Shown here: positions 12,473 through 26,500 of the stretch, one piece after another
Numbering within the stretch: position 1 is the first letter of the stretch
How the letters are laid out: every line of letters begins with the position of its first letter
Assembly: GCA_028534125.1 (NCBI GenBank)
Contig: CM052817.1
Span: 53,074,001 to 53,138,000 of the forward strand
Length of the DNA: 64,000 bases
Source of the DNA: Lama glama
Taxonomy: Eukaryota
Direction: 5' to 3'
Made by a program: the position numbers and the translations under genes
The notes under the pieces: model-generated
Database searches by the model: none
What the model saw: only the letters and a program-made list of their open reading frames with translations
Told to the model about the DNA's origin: nothing

Positions 12473-14429
12473 AGAACCTCAAATATTATTGTTAGAAAAT
12501 TGAGTGAGGCATCGAGTGAACTGAGATGGGGCTGAAAAGATAGACACAGGCCAGGATATAGAAGAGTCTGTAGCTTGGGATGATTATCTCAAGAGAACTT
12601 GTCAAGTATTTTGTTTTTTCTTAAAACAGTGGAAAGACATTAAAGGGTTTTTTTTGGCAAAAAAAAAAAAGATTAGATGTGAAATTTTAAAAAGCTCTCT
12701 CTGGCTTTTATGTGAAAAATTGTTTTGAGGGGAAAATGTTAGTGCAGTGAGGATATTTTATTTAGAATACTATTTCAGTTTTATAGATAATTGATACCTT
12801 CATTCACTCTTATGTAAAAAGTGATAAAAATCAGAGATAAAGAGCTCATGTGGGACTCGTATGCATGCAGTCTATTTTTGAATAATGCTGGACACAGCAA
12901 GGAAAATATTGGAAGACTAAACAAAAAGCCAAAAACAATGAACAAACCATCAGACTTTGAAATCATTTAGTGAGAATAAAAGACTTGAGATCATTTTTAA
13001 GAATCAAAACTATGAATACACTTCCAAAAATCTTTTATATTTTTCATTAAAATATGTAGACACTGTTCTAATAATTTAATATGGATATCAGATTTATAAA
13101 TCAACTTTATATTACTAAATTATGACTGGGATATGCAGTCACAGGGTAACAAATGCTTTGCAATCTGAGTAAGGAACGGATTGAAAAAATGATTAATTTT
13201 TACTATAAAAAATCTCAGTCATCTTTAAATAAACATTTTTGTTGACTGACACCTATAATGAAAAACTAACCAAATGTTAAAATAATTAAAAGTGTTTTCA
13301 ATTAGAAAGTAGCTGATTTGTAGTGTTTTAACTGTTGGCTACATACAGGGTAAACTAATTAGAGTGGCTAACTTTATTTCAGAAGGATTAAAAAATATTT
13401 TTACTTATATAGCAACATTCTGCTGATAAAAATGCATATCTAAATTTACCTTTAGTTATCAGAAGAAAAACTAATTAAAAGACTTCGAAAGTTTGTAATA
13501 CTGCCATTCTAAAGCAATAGCTTATAATATGGTCATTCTAAAAGGTAATTCTAAAAAAATGAGATGAGAAATTATAGAAAATGAGGAAAAAAAGAAACCT
13601 AACATGTTTAAAGTGCATCAGAGCTTATCAACATTAAGTAAATAAAAAAATTGGAAAATATTCTACTGAATACTTATTCTGAACAAAAAAGACATCTTTT
13701 AAACATAAAATATTTAAATAGCTAGGCAAAATATCATCATTCTCCACAATCCATTCCTAAAATATATCTATCACACAGCAAGATCAATGAGGCAGGCTGT
13801 CTGCAGATAACACATAACTGCATGAATTCAGATTTTGCACCACATGTTCAGAGAACTTAAAGATAAGTTGGTGATTTCTAATGAGGTTTTTTTGTTGAAA
13901 AAGTTTTTGCCAGCTGTGCAGTGTGTTTGATAATTTATCACAAAAGATATAAGCATACTAAGCACATAACTAGGCAAACAAAATTTAATTACATTATGAA
14001 TACAAGTTAAGTACCAGAATATGTTAGGATCCATATGCTATAAAAGTTGGAATTAGGAGTTATTTTACCACTTCCCCCCCCTTTTTTTTCTATTTTATAT
14101 AAGTACTTATTATGGGAAATAACTACTTAAAGATAACATAAGGACTTGCTATGTGTTCTGTTCTTCTATGTAAGAATGTCTGTTGTTTCTACCCCTTTCT
14201 TAACCTTCCCACATTAAATGAGTATTTTATTTCACCTGCCTACCCCATGCTATCTCAAAGGAAAAGTCCTGACAATTCTATCTCAAAGGCACTTTCTGAA
14301 TCTTCCTACTTTGCCCATTTATTTATTCTTCAGTACAAGCCCCCATCAACTATCACCTGGATTGTTGCTAGAATTTCTAAATTTCTTTCTCTATATACCA
14401 TTCTCATGTGGCATCCAGGATGGATTTTT

Positions 14430-17000
14430 GTATAAAGCTGTATTGAGATATAATATACTATGATACACAAAGATTAAGGATAAAATTGCCATTTTGGTTA
14501 ATATATAGAACATACATAGCACTCCAAAGGGCTTCCCTATACCATATTCTCATCAAACATCCCCAAAGATAACTGCTATTCTGACTTCTATCACCATAGA
14601 TAAATTTTGCCTGTTCTTGAAGTCTGCATAAGTAGAATTGTATTGCATTTATTCTTCTGCATCTTGCTACTTTGGTTGACTGTTTGGTGCATGAAGTCCA
14701 ATGTTATTATGTGTAGCAGTACTTTGTTTTTATTGCTACGTAGTATTCCAGTGAATATACTACAATTAATTTATCTATTCTATTGTAAATGTACATTTGG
14801 ATAGTTTTCTAATTTTGAGCTATTTTGAATAAAAATGCTATAATCATTCTTCTACACATTTTTTAGTGGATAATGTCACTCATTTTTGAGGAGTCCTTAC
14901 CTTGGAGTGAAATTGCTAAGAGATAGGATAGGAATAGATTTAGGTTAGTGGATACCACCAAAAATTTTCCAAAATTATTATACCCATTTATATTTCCATT
15001 AGCAAAGCAAGAGAGTTCTGATTGCTTCTCACTTTTACTGACATTTAATGTTGTTAGACTAACTTTATAAATGTCAGGGAGTGATTGGTATCATTGTTTT
15101 AGTTACATTTTCTAATAACTTGATGTTGAGTACCTTTCCATATGCTTATTGTTTATTTGGAAATATGTTTTTCTGAAGTTCCTGTCCAAGATGTTTGCCC
15201 ACTTTTGTTGGGTTTTCTGTCATTCTGTTTATCAATAGATATTCTTTAAATATTTTGAATAGACCATTTGTTGATTTTAGACAGATAACAAATATATCCA
15301 CATTCATCTATATACATACATATGAAAGTAGCAAATGTATATATATATATATATGCATATCAATATATGTGGCAAATATACATTATCAATCTGAAGCTGA
15401 TTTATTATTTATATAAGTGTCCTTTTATGACAAAAATTCTCATTTTTCATTAATAAAATTTTTAAATTTTTAAATGGCTACTTTAAAAGAAATATATATA
15501 TCCCTTATTTTATCTTTCACATGTAGGGCTATAAAGTTTCTTGTTTAAATTTGAAGTTTAGAGTGATGTGGAGGTCATGGTTCATTCTTTTTCTATGAAA
15601 ATTTATTTGAACCAGTTCCATCATTTGAAAAGATTATCCTTTTCCCACTGAAATATAATGGCATATTTGCATGAATCATGTGATCTGTAAAAATATGACA
15701 TTTCTAGACAGTGTATCTGTTTCACTTGTCTACATGTTTATCCTTGTATACATATTTTACATATCTAAGACGTCAAGTAAAATGTTGAAAAAGTGGTGAT
15801 GTTAAAAACCCTTGTCTAGTTCCTCAACTACTTACAAATATGTTAAATATCATGCTAACTGAAAGATTATTTTAAGATACCCTTTACTAGATTACAGATC
15901 CTCTCTTCTTTTTCTAATTTGCTGAGAGTTTAATTTTTTTTTTCAGAAAGAGATGTTGGATATTATCAAATGCTATATTTTTGTATCTATTGAGATATTT
16001 AAATGGCTTAACTTCTTTTAATGTTAATATATTGAATTACAGTAAGTGATATTCAAATATTAATCCAACCTTGCATTTCTGAAATAAAATTCAAGTAGTT
16101 TATTTGTATTCGGGATTTACTTTGTAAAGTTTTTTTTTTAATTTTTGCATCTGTTCTGGTGAGAGATATTTAATATTCCAGTCTTATTATGACCTTGTCA
16201 GGTTTTGATATTAGGCTTATACTGACTTCATAAAATGAGTTGAAAATGTTTTCTATTCATACTTTTTTCCTACTTGATTATTTCAATTTTAAAAAGCTGT
16301 GTTTCTTAAAGAATTGATGACTTAATCATATTGTCAAATTTTGGCATTAGACTATATTATTCTATTTTATTTTCATTTTAATATCTTCAAGACTTGATAT
16401 CCCCTCTTTATACCTCATTCTGGTAAATTTTTTGCCTTAATTTTCTTAAGAAATCTCTTGTTGAGGCTTATTAATTTTATTGATATCATTTTTAAAAAAC
16501 TAAAATTTTACTTTGTTAATATGCATTTGTTCTCTATTTCATTGATTTCAGTTTTTATTTTTATTGTTCACTTCTACTTTCTTTGGGTTTTATTATGGTA
16601 TTTTTACAGTATTTTTTTAAAACTTATATAATTGAATTTGATGTTTTTAACATTTAGTTTCTCTAATATATTTATTAGAACTATACATTTTCCATAAGCA
16701 CTACTTTAGCTGCATTCCACCAGAGTTTTAGATCATATTTTTATTTTTATCCAGTTCAATTTTTTTCTGTCATTACTGTTTTACTTTCTGGATTATGTAC
16801 AGAACAACTGCTTAATTTTCAGACATTTGTGTATTTTTAAATTATATTCATATCATTTATATCTAGTTCATTTCCATCATGATTCAGTAAGTTTGAAGTT
16901 TGTTAAAACTTGTTTTATGGTCAGCCAGCATATGATTGATTGTAATATGTAGTCCATGTACTATTGAGGAGAATTATTCTGCATTTTTAAGGTATATCAT
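14430..17000 (-). mobile_element. Old degenerate L1 (L1M-type) 3' region
   Basis: T-rich antisense L1 motifs such as GATAACTGCTATTCTGACTTCTATCACCATAGA, GGAGTGAAATTGCT and CCAACCTTGCATTTCTGAAATAAA. Boundaries approximate. Confidence 0.7.
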
Positions 17001-19115
17001 GAGGGAGATTTTGATGTTTACATTTTTAATTGAAATGAGTCAATTAGCATATGTCTTCTTTGAATATTAGTGTTTTATTATATAAACTCTATCCAGAGGG
17101 TTTTGAATTTATAGGTAATTATATTCAATTTAATTAAATTTAAAAAAATGCACTATGAAATTCTCCAGGAGTAGGAGTTAAGAGAATTCTCCTAAGGATT
17201 ATACCTATAGTTACTACCAGGAAGTAAAAACAAACACCTTTCCTTCTTTTTGTTCCTTCCTTCCTTTTGATTTTTTTCCACTCCCCTTTTTTATTTTTCC
17301 AAAAAAAAAAAAAGAATAAGTTAATTTAATATAAAGAAAAATATTTCTTTATATTTTCACTGTTCTCAAAAATCTAGAGATTGAGAAGCACAAGAAAATA
17401 GATATTTTCCAAGGGGAGAAAACAAAGTATACACTCTATTTTTGTCATTTTATGTTTTAAATTTATTTGCTTATCAGGCATTCCATAATGTAGATGAAAA
17501 CCCTCAAACTATGTAGAATGTTCAAAGTTATGAAAAATTTAGTTTAATATATAAAATATTATTTTAAAATTGATTATGTATTAATAAAACTGATACTTGT
17601 CTATGTTATTTTTACTTCAATAATTGAAGAAACCTGCATACATATAGGTAATTAATTACCATCTCAGACAAATGATAAAGTGATTAAGATCCTTCTGTAA
17701 GTTCACATAAGTACTAAAATTAAGATTCTGTTTATATATCCCAATGTCATTAAATATTGGTAGAGAAACAAAGGAGAACTTCAGTTTCCCTTGAACACAT
17801 ACTGGGCTTTGTAACATTCCACTCTATGATACACAGTGGAGAGGCTTATGATAAGTAGCTGATATTAGTCAAATATTCCACACAAGTACAGTTATAGTTG
17901 AAGAATAAAATTATTTTGAAGAGCAGTTCTGTAACATTAAAACAGTGATAAATTGACCATAGTTCCTTCTGAAGGACATCTGACAAATTGTCAAAATGTA
18001 TCTGTTGTTATTTCTATAGTTCTTTAAAAAGCAATTAGTGTTTCACATCCATCTGTGATGTTTAAAAAATCTGGAAATATGAGATACTTTTTTAAATGCT
18101 ATTGAATGTCCTGATTAACTTTAATCATGATCGAATTTTAATAATTGTCTTCAGACTGAGTAAAAATCAATAAATTATACTAACTTTTAAAAATATACTA
18201 CAGTAAGTATGCATGTGATTGATTAAAAATTATTAAACTTTTCCCATAATTTTTTTTATTAATTGCAGTTGTGCAAAGAAAACTTCAACACTTTTTATTC
18301 TTAACAGTCACCAAAAACACAGAGGAAAATACAATTTATTTTATTTAACAATTTTTAGTCTGTGAATAACTTTTTAATTAATTGTTAATATGTAGAGATT
18401 TTAAGTTTGCATTTTCTTTTAGAAGTAAGGATACTTTTAAAGAATCATACATTTTAATTATTTAATTTAATTACTTAATTATTTTATTTAATTAAGGGTC
18501 CTGATATTGTATTTTGAGTTGTGCTTATCTTCTCCTTGAATCAAATAATATTGCAATTGTTTCATAAGAATTTGCCTGACAGTTAAGAAAACCTTTTTGT
18601 CTGGCATATTAGAGACACACTTTGTTGGAAAACTAGTATTTTAATTATGAAACATTTAATGCTACTCTATTTGTGCATTTATATGAAAAGTATTAATATT
18701 TGCTAAATATTATTGTTAGAAAAACAAATAATTCCAGGCTCTTGCCCTCCCAAGAGTCTTACAGGAATTATACAGAAAGACATAGAGCAGACTGTTCTCT
18801 TGGAAAGAAGTAGTGAAAAGGGGAGGAACTGTGACACAGCCATCTTTATTTCTAGAACTAACACATAGTAAATACTCATTAAACATTTAACAAATTAATC
18901 TATAAAGGATAAATATAATAAAGTACCCTAGATATGATGGTAAAATAATACATTTAGTACAATTGGTATGTAAAGTTAATGTTAATTATTATCGAAACTG
19001 TTAGCTATTATTATTAACTATTACATCAATATAGGGTTATTGACTTCACAGTAGGTGATATTGAGCTGTCTTAAAATCTTAGTATTAATGTTCACAAGAT
19101 AGATAGAATCTAGAG

Positions 19116-19602
19116 CAACACTATCCAGGAGAAATACTACGTGAGTCACATATGTCATTTAAAGCTTTCTAGTAGTCACATTAAAAAAGAAATTAGAAAC
19201 AGGTGAAATTAATGTTAGTAGTATATGTATCTGAATGTATCCAAAATAGTGCTTCAAATGAGGTCAAAATAAATATTTTTAATAAGTTTAAATTGTTTTT
19301 TTGTACACAGTCTTCGATCTAATGTGTATTTTACACTTACAGTACATCTCAATTTGTATGCAAAATTTTTAGCAGAAATATTTTGTCTTTATTTAGAGGT
19401 CACATTTTTCCATTTGATAAAGGAGATTCACATATCCTAGTGGTTCGAAACACACTTAAATGTTTTTAAATTGCCAGATAAAATAATGCATATATTTTTA
19501 TTAATTAAAATAAATAAAATTACAAGTTTAATTTCTCAAATTCCCTACCCACACTTAGGGTTAGTCATGTGTGGTTACTGACAACCATATCAAACAGTCC
19601 AG
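19116..19602. mobile_element. hAT-Charlie non-autonomous transposon (Charlie1b/MER33-like)
   Basis: MER33-like termini, with an 8-bp NTCTAGAN target duplication: ATCTAGAG at 19108-19115 and GTCTAGAT at 19603-19610. Confidence 0.8.
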
Positions 19603-19717
19603 GTCTAGATAATATTGATAAACAGACAAAAAATATTCAAAAGAATGTGGCTCATGGCTTACTTTTATAGAAATAAATTACCATTTCACACTAAATAACA
19701 AAATAATTCTAATTTAA

Positions 19718-20765
19718 TCTTGTTAAAATGGCAGTCCTCTCCAAACTCATCTGTAGATTCAACACAATCCATATCAAGATCCCAGGTCGATTTTTATAAA
19801 AATTGACAAGCCAATACTAACATTTATATGGAAATGCAGGGGATCTAGAATTTCAAAAGAATCTTGAAGAAGAAGTACAAATTGGAGTAATCACATTTCC
19901 CAAGTTTAAAACTTAGTACAAAACCAAGTATCAGGACAGTGTGATAGTGGCATAAGAAAAATATATGGATAAATGGAATAGAATTCAGAGTCTAGACTTA
20001 AATCCTTACATTTATGGTTAATTGATTTTCAACAAGCATGTCAAGATAACTCAATAGAGAAAGAATAATCTTTTCAACAAATAGTACTGGGACAACTAGG
20101 TACTCACAAGCCAAGGAATGGAGTTGGGTTTCAACTTTACACAGTACCCCAAAATTAACTCAAAATGTATCATTGATGCAAATGTAAGAGATAAAACATA
20201 ACTTAGAAGAACATATCCATAAAAATATGTAATCACTATGTTGTTTATCTGAAACTAATACAGTATTATAGATCAACTATCCTTCAGTTTAAAAAGAAAA
20301 GAAAATATAAACCAAAATTGTGTGTGTGGGACCCTACTTCACACACACTAGGATAGCTACAAAATAAAACAAGGATGAAATCTGAAAATATTAAGTGAAA
20401 GAAGCTAGTCACAAAAGACTGCGTATTGCATGGTTCCTTTTCATTTAGATGAATAATATATACATTGTATCATATATCTTATATATGATATATATATATA
20501 ATATTATATATATATATATATTAGAGACACAGAGTAAACTAAATGATTACTTAGGGATGGGAGCATGGAGTTTGGGGGGAATGGGGAGAGGGAATTGACT
20601 ACTAATCAGTACAGGATATCTTAAGGGGTATGAAATGTTCTAAAAGTGGATTGCTGTGATGTTTTTAGTACATGTGGATACAGTAAAATGCATTTAATTG
20701 ACACTTTGAATGAGTCAATTGTATGGCATATGCATTATGTCTCAATAAAGCTGTTCAAAACAAAA
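19718..20765 (+). mobile_element. Old L1 ORF2 end and 3'UTR, with a short younger L1 tail inserted at ~20215-20300
   Basis: Contains GTTAAAATGGCAGTCCTCTCCAAACTCATCTGTAGATTCAACACAATCC and ends CTCAATAAAGCTGTT. Confidence 0.75.
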
Positions 20766-20769
20766 GTAG

Positions 20770-21790
20770 TACAGGTTGCCTATATAACACGCTTTCCTTT
20801 AGGTCAGCATCTTATATAACCACAGCACATGCACTAGAGCTAATAAATTAATCTTGATATGACATTATTAACAAAAGTACAGATCATATTTGGATTCCCC
20901 AAATTTTTACACTGGTTTTTTTTCTCTTCTTTTATTTTCCAGGATGTAAACCAGTATCCCCAACTGAATTTAGTTTTTCTCCAATCTGTGACAGTTCCTG
21001 AATGTTTGCTTGTCTTTCATGATCTCAACAATTCTGAAGAGTACTGGTGAGTCATTTTATAAAATGCTCTTGATTGTATTTCTCTAATGGCTTCCTGTGA
21101 CTAGACTGAGTTACATAATAATGGGAAGGATACCAGCAAGATGATATTTTCTTCTCCATGTATCGTATCAGGGGGTACGTGATATGAATATGACTGATAA
21201 TGTTAACTTTTATCATTTAGCTAATTTATGTCTGCAAATATTTTACAAGGTAAAATAACTGTTTTCCTTTGTTAATATTAAATATTTGGGGGATACTTTG
21301 ATACTACACAAATATATTATTACTGCTTAATTTTTGCCAATTAATCCTAGCATCCTAAATGAATGTTGCCTGTGAAAATTACTGTGGTATTCTAGTAGTG
21401 GTATTCTATTTCCCTCACTTGTCTTTATTTATCAACTGGAATTCTTTGTAAGAAAGACTTATCACTCCTTCCTTTAATTTATTTATTCAGTTACTTATAT
21501 ACATTGGACAAATGGATGTTTCATTGGAGGGGTTATAATTCAATATTAACATAACATAACATGTTTTAATTTGTTCAAACGGTTCCAACTTTGAACACTG
21601 AGAGGACTCTCAGGTTGGTGTATGCACCCTTTTAATATTACTTCCATTATTTCTTTTTATTTTTCTTTATTTCTTTGTGGCACCAAAGATTCTCCAAGCT
21701 CATCTTTTAATTTCCTCACCTCTGTCCCATAACCAACCAGTTATCCAAAGGACCCTGGTTCTTTTCATCAGGGAATTTTGATATTAATTT
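20770..21790 (-). mobile_element. Old L1 3'UTR (L1MC-like)
   Basis: Antisense L1MC-type motifs such as CATCTTATATAACCACAGCAC and CCAAAGGACCCTGGTTCTTTT. Boundaries approximate. Confidence 0.6.
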
Positions 21791-23448
21791 CTCCAACACC
21801 ATTCTAGCACCACAGTTTTTAGTCTAGCCATCCCCTTTCCATATGTGCGGCTTCATTCTCTGACCATAAGAAATCTGGTTGTCTTTCTCTAAATACAGTA
21901 ACTTCATAGGTAGATTCTGGAAGTGGAAAATAAAAACCAAGCACATCAATCTTTTTTAGGACTATTAAAGATAAATGAATAAGAATTTTTAGGACAATTA
22001 AAGACAATTGAATAGAGATTTGTGATGGGCCAAAGATTATGAGATGTAAGAGTGATAAAATTAGTACAAAATATATAATTTAAAGTACTTCTTAATGAAG
22101 TAGATGATGTTTCTAAAAGGGCTCAAGAGATAGAACAGTTGGTTTCTGTTTATTTCCCTCTTGTTGGCATTCATCTGTTTGCTGGAAATGAAATAAAATT
22201 ATCCATATTGAAGCTTCCTAACTGTATTTGTTTTTTGAATTGCTTATGAGGGCTATTGAAATGTAATAACATAGGAACTAGATTTATCTGTATTTTAATG
22301 AACTAGTAAAGATATGAGAATTTCTAGACTCAATCCCTTGTAGGGAAAATAAAAATGAAAATTTCTCTAATAAACAGAAATCAGAGAAGACAATTGCAAT
22401 TTACTTTTATTATATTAGAAAGTGAGAGTAGTATGCACAGAAAAAGACATTTTTTCCCATTTAAATAAATATACTTTAATATGGGAAACACAGTATATTC
22501 ATCTTGACTAATATTACAGTCTATAACCTTTAGAGAAGATGAAGCAAATGGTGATGTGTCAAGTATTGGCAAAATGATTAAAGGATTTAGTAATGTTAGT
22601 TTACATTAATAAAATTACATTTCTCAGAATAAATATTATTGTTTATTGATATAAATTCCAAGGTATATATTGGAAACAAAAGGCAAAACTCAGGGCCATA
22701 AATAGAAAGAGAAAGCTAAAATAGAATCTTGGCTATGTTACAATACATACAAATAAGATTAAATAAGATGGAAGATAAAGGTCTTATTTTAAATATGCCA
22801 TATTTTGTTTCTCAGAAACTTCTATTTAATGTGAAATTGTGCCAAGAGCAAATAAATAAACATTGAATCTAATTGAAAATGACAATTTGGATGCAATATA
22901 GTATACTATTTGTGTGTAAAGATTTTAAATCAGATGGAGTTTCAAATAAATTATAACTCTCACTTGCAATATTGGAAAGAAAGATTTTTTAAATTTAAGT
23001 ATTATTATATAAGAATATATGAAAGTATGTGCTTATATATCCATGTGATTTGGGAACACATAATTGTCAGGTGGCCTGAGCTGTGCCAACCTCTAGGAAT
23101 ATCTCTCTTAAAATGTTTGCCCCTACTCTATCTCGAGAATTGCACCCATGAAGCTATAAATGTCAGCTTCTCTGTAATGTCTTCTATGATTCATTCAGGA
23201 AAAAGAAAAAGATTATTCTCACTACTAAAGGCCCATAATATTTGAATATACTTTTATATTGTATCATTTAATACTGTCGTGGGTTATTCATTTCAGCTAG
23301 ATTTCCAGAAGAGAAATCTGTGAGTTGACAATTAACAAGGACAATTTGTTAAAAATAGACACAATTGTGATACAGTAAAATTTACAAATCATCATAGGGC
23401 AAAAACTCTTACATCAGGGCATATCGTTAATTTGGCTACTCCATCCAG

Positions 23449-23533
23449 TGAGTATTCCATTTCTTTGGACACAGTTTGTCCACAGGATTAATCTGACTGG
23501 GGACAAACTGTGTCCAAAGAAATGGAATACTCA
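23449..23533. repeat. Perfect inverted repeat with 33-bp arms and a 19-nt spacer
   Basis: TGAGTATTCCATTTCTTTGGACACAGTTTGTCC (23449-23481) is the exact reverse complement of 23501-23533. Confidence 0.95.
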
Positions 23534-26500
23534 GAGCTCCTGAACCCTAGAAAAAATAGTGAAAGACTTGTCATTTTCATTTATCTTGTTAAGGAACACT
23601 GGAGCAACTTACAGGAGATTCTGTGTGGGAAAATTTGGGCCTTGAACCAACACTCAACTACAAGGAACCTGATAGCAATTGCAAACTCATTAAGCCAACA
23701 GATTGTCAAGAGTGCTTCACAGAACAGTAGAGGAGCCAGGCTCACATTTGTGTTAGTATTTTTATTTCATAAACATTTGTAAGCACACAGAAATACACAT
23801 ACTATTTCAAGTAAAAGAATAGATATCATGAAAGAAATCTAAAGAAATTGCTATAAAACTTCAGAATGTGGAGAGATGTTTCTAGCATGTAGAATTAGGG
23901 TAGGGTTCACTTTAAAGATTGAATTTATTTTGAACTTAAATGATAAATAAAATTGAAAATCTGGTTATGGAGTGTAGCGTAGATACATTACAGACAACAT
24001 TGTCTAATATACATGCTGTCTTCCCTTCTTAATAAGAGAAACAATTTGTTTTTCTTTGGATGGGACACAGCAATGGACAACATTTAAAATACTTAGCTCC
24101 CCAGATGTCCTTACAACAAGAATTGTATATAGGAGCTAGTTTTGAATGGACTCCTAAGAATTTTACTGGATGGAATTTCTGGAAAAACTATTATTTCTTG
24201 GTGAAAGAGACAAACTCAACTAGCATGTCCATTTTGCCTATTTCTCTTTCTTCTTTACTAGAGTTAGATATGATTCACAAAGGCACCATCTTCCAAACTT
24301 AAGGATAATGGTTATCAGTTAAGATTGAGAAGGAGTGTGTGGGTTTAGGAATAATTAGAAGCTGACTCTTTTAACTTTCTCAAGCAATAGCACAAACCCT
24401 ACATTGCTACCCTCAGGACATCTTGTTAAGTGAGTAAAATAAAACTTACACTTTGTTAAAAAGACTGTGACTACAGTCAAGAATCTAATATGAACTGAAC
24501 CCAATCTTAGCGAACACAGGGCACCAATGGGGATATTCCAAAAAAGAAAATAGCATAGAAGATCTATCATGGAAATCAGAATTACATGGCATATATGTAA
24601 ACAGGGAAGGCCCTAGAGTAAATGATATGTGAGCCCAGAATATGTAAAACCACTTTATAAGAAAAGATTTTGATATTACAACTATGTCCTGAAGTCCTAT
24701 AGGTTTACATTTGATTTTGTAGGCCACTGGAACTCTGGAATACACAATCAGAGCTATGCTACCGGAAGATTACTCTTGTAGTGTTTTCAAGGATAGTTTT
24801 TGATGGGAAGGACTGGTGAAGTGAGATTAGATTGATCGAAAGCTTACACAAGGGTATTGTGGATGGTAACGGAAGACACCATGCATGGAATAGAAGGCCC
24901 ACGCAACAGGTTAAATGAAACATGAATCTGGGCTAGGGAGGAAGAAACAGTACTTGGGGTTAGAAGATTCAGGTTTTTACTTTTATACTTTTATTGTCAT
25001 GTTCTTGATGTATTATCTGAGCATGTTATTTAAGCTTCGTAAGCCCCAGGTGTAGCAACTGATAACAACGCCTAGCTTAATGGGTTAGGGTGAGTAGTAT
25101 AACCAACAATATATATTTAAGGGCTTAGTATAGTGTTTGATTCATTGAATTTTTCATTGATTCATTAACTGTATAGATTATTATGACTCACATTGGGAAG
25201 CGTTACATATCGAAGCTCCTTCTTACATATACACGGTTGGGGATGGTAAATAACAGAATTAACTTTTTTCTCTAGCATAGTACAATTAAAAAACTATATA
25301 ATCAGAAAAAAAAGGCTTTATTTTTGAAGGGTTTTCTTGTTTCTCACTTCAAATAATCTATTTTCTATCATCACATTTGATAGAAATCTAATCAGTGCAT
25401 AGACTGTATTTTCTTTAGTTTTTCAGTGTTTTTAAACAACTGTCTCTTTCCTGTTTAGACCAGGTGGGCTTGCCAGCCAGTCAATACACTCATAAGAAAT
25501 GCCATTATAATAAAAAAAAATTCCTAGTAGCATCAGAAAAAAATACCCCTGCCTATTGGAAAAATAAATTATTCTCAAAACCCATCATGCATACAGAGTA
25601 TACCATGTTATAGTTATTTAATTTTTAGAAATTGCATTTAAAAGATAGAAATAGATTTAGAAATGTAAAAAAAGACTAATATCAGCAAACAAAACTATTT
25701 AAAATGTCACATCAGGAATATAAACTACATTTAGTTTGAATGCTATGCCTGGCTGCTTAAAATAGACCATAAAAAAATGTTAAAACCATATTTTAGCATG
25801 GTCTACTTAATCCATGGGCACTGATGAAAAAAACATTTTCATGTCAGTTTTCTACTTTGTAGAACCACGCATGGGTATTGATTTACATAAAGTTTATTTC
25901 CACTCAGTTGAGGAATTAAGTTAGGCTGGGCATAAAAATATTCTATTCAGCTTATCCCAAGAAGTTATGCTGAAAATGCTTATTATGGTGGTTTTAAATT
26001 TGCTTACTCTCTGTGATACTTTAAAGTGATGAATTCCTGTCTTTGATACATTGAAAAAGAATTAATTCCATGTCCTTAAAACACCATTTCTTGGTCTTAT
26101 TCTTGATCTAGTCATATGCAAAGTAAAATTATTTTCTTACATCTTCATCTCAGACAAACAAATTTAAAAATAAAAGTGATGGTTTTCATTGTTTTGGAGG
26201 GAAACAGAAATTGCACATGCATATTTTATTAAAAAAAAATAACGTCAGCATTTCAGAGAGGCAAAAAGCAACATTTCATTTCTATGATTCTGAACAGTAA
26301 ATACACTTTCTTTGGTCTTAGATCTAAGTAGCATCTTTCTCTTATATACAAAAGTTATAAGATATTCAGAATATAAAGTTTCTTGGGCTCTAAAGAGTTT
26401 TCTATAATCAGCTGTATACATAGTGATTAGTGTTCAACTTTGCAGTCAGAAACATTGGGGGACTTTGCCTTTTAATACTGGGCTGGTTGAGAATATTCTC

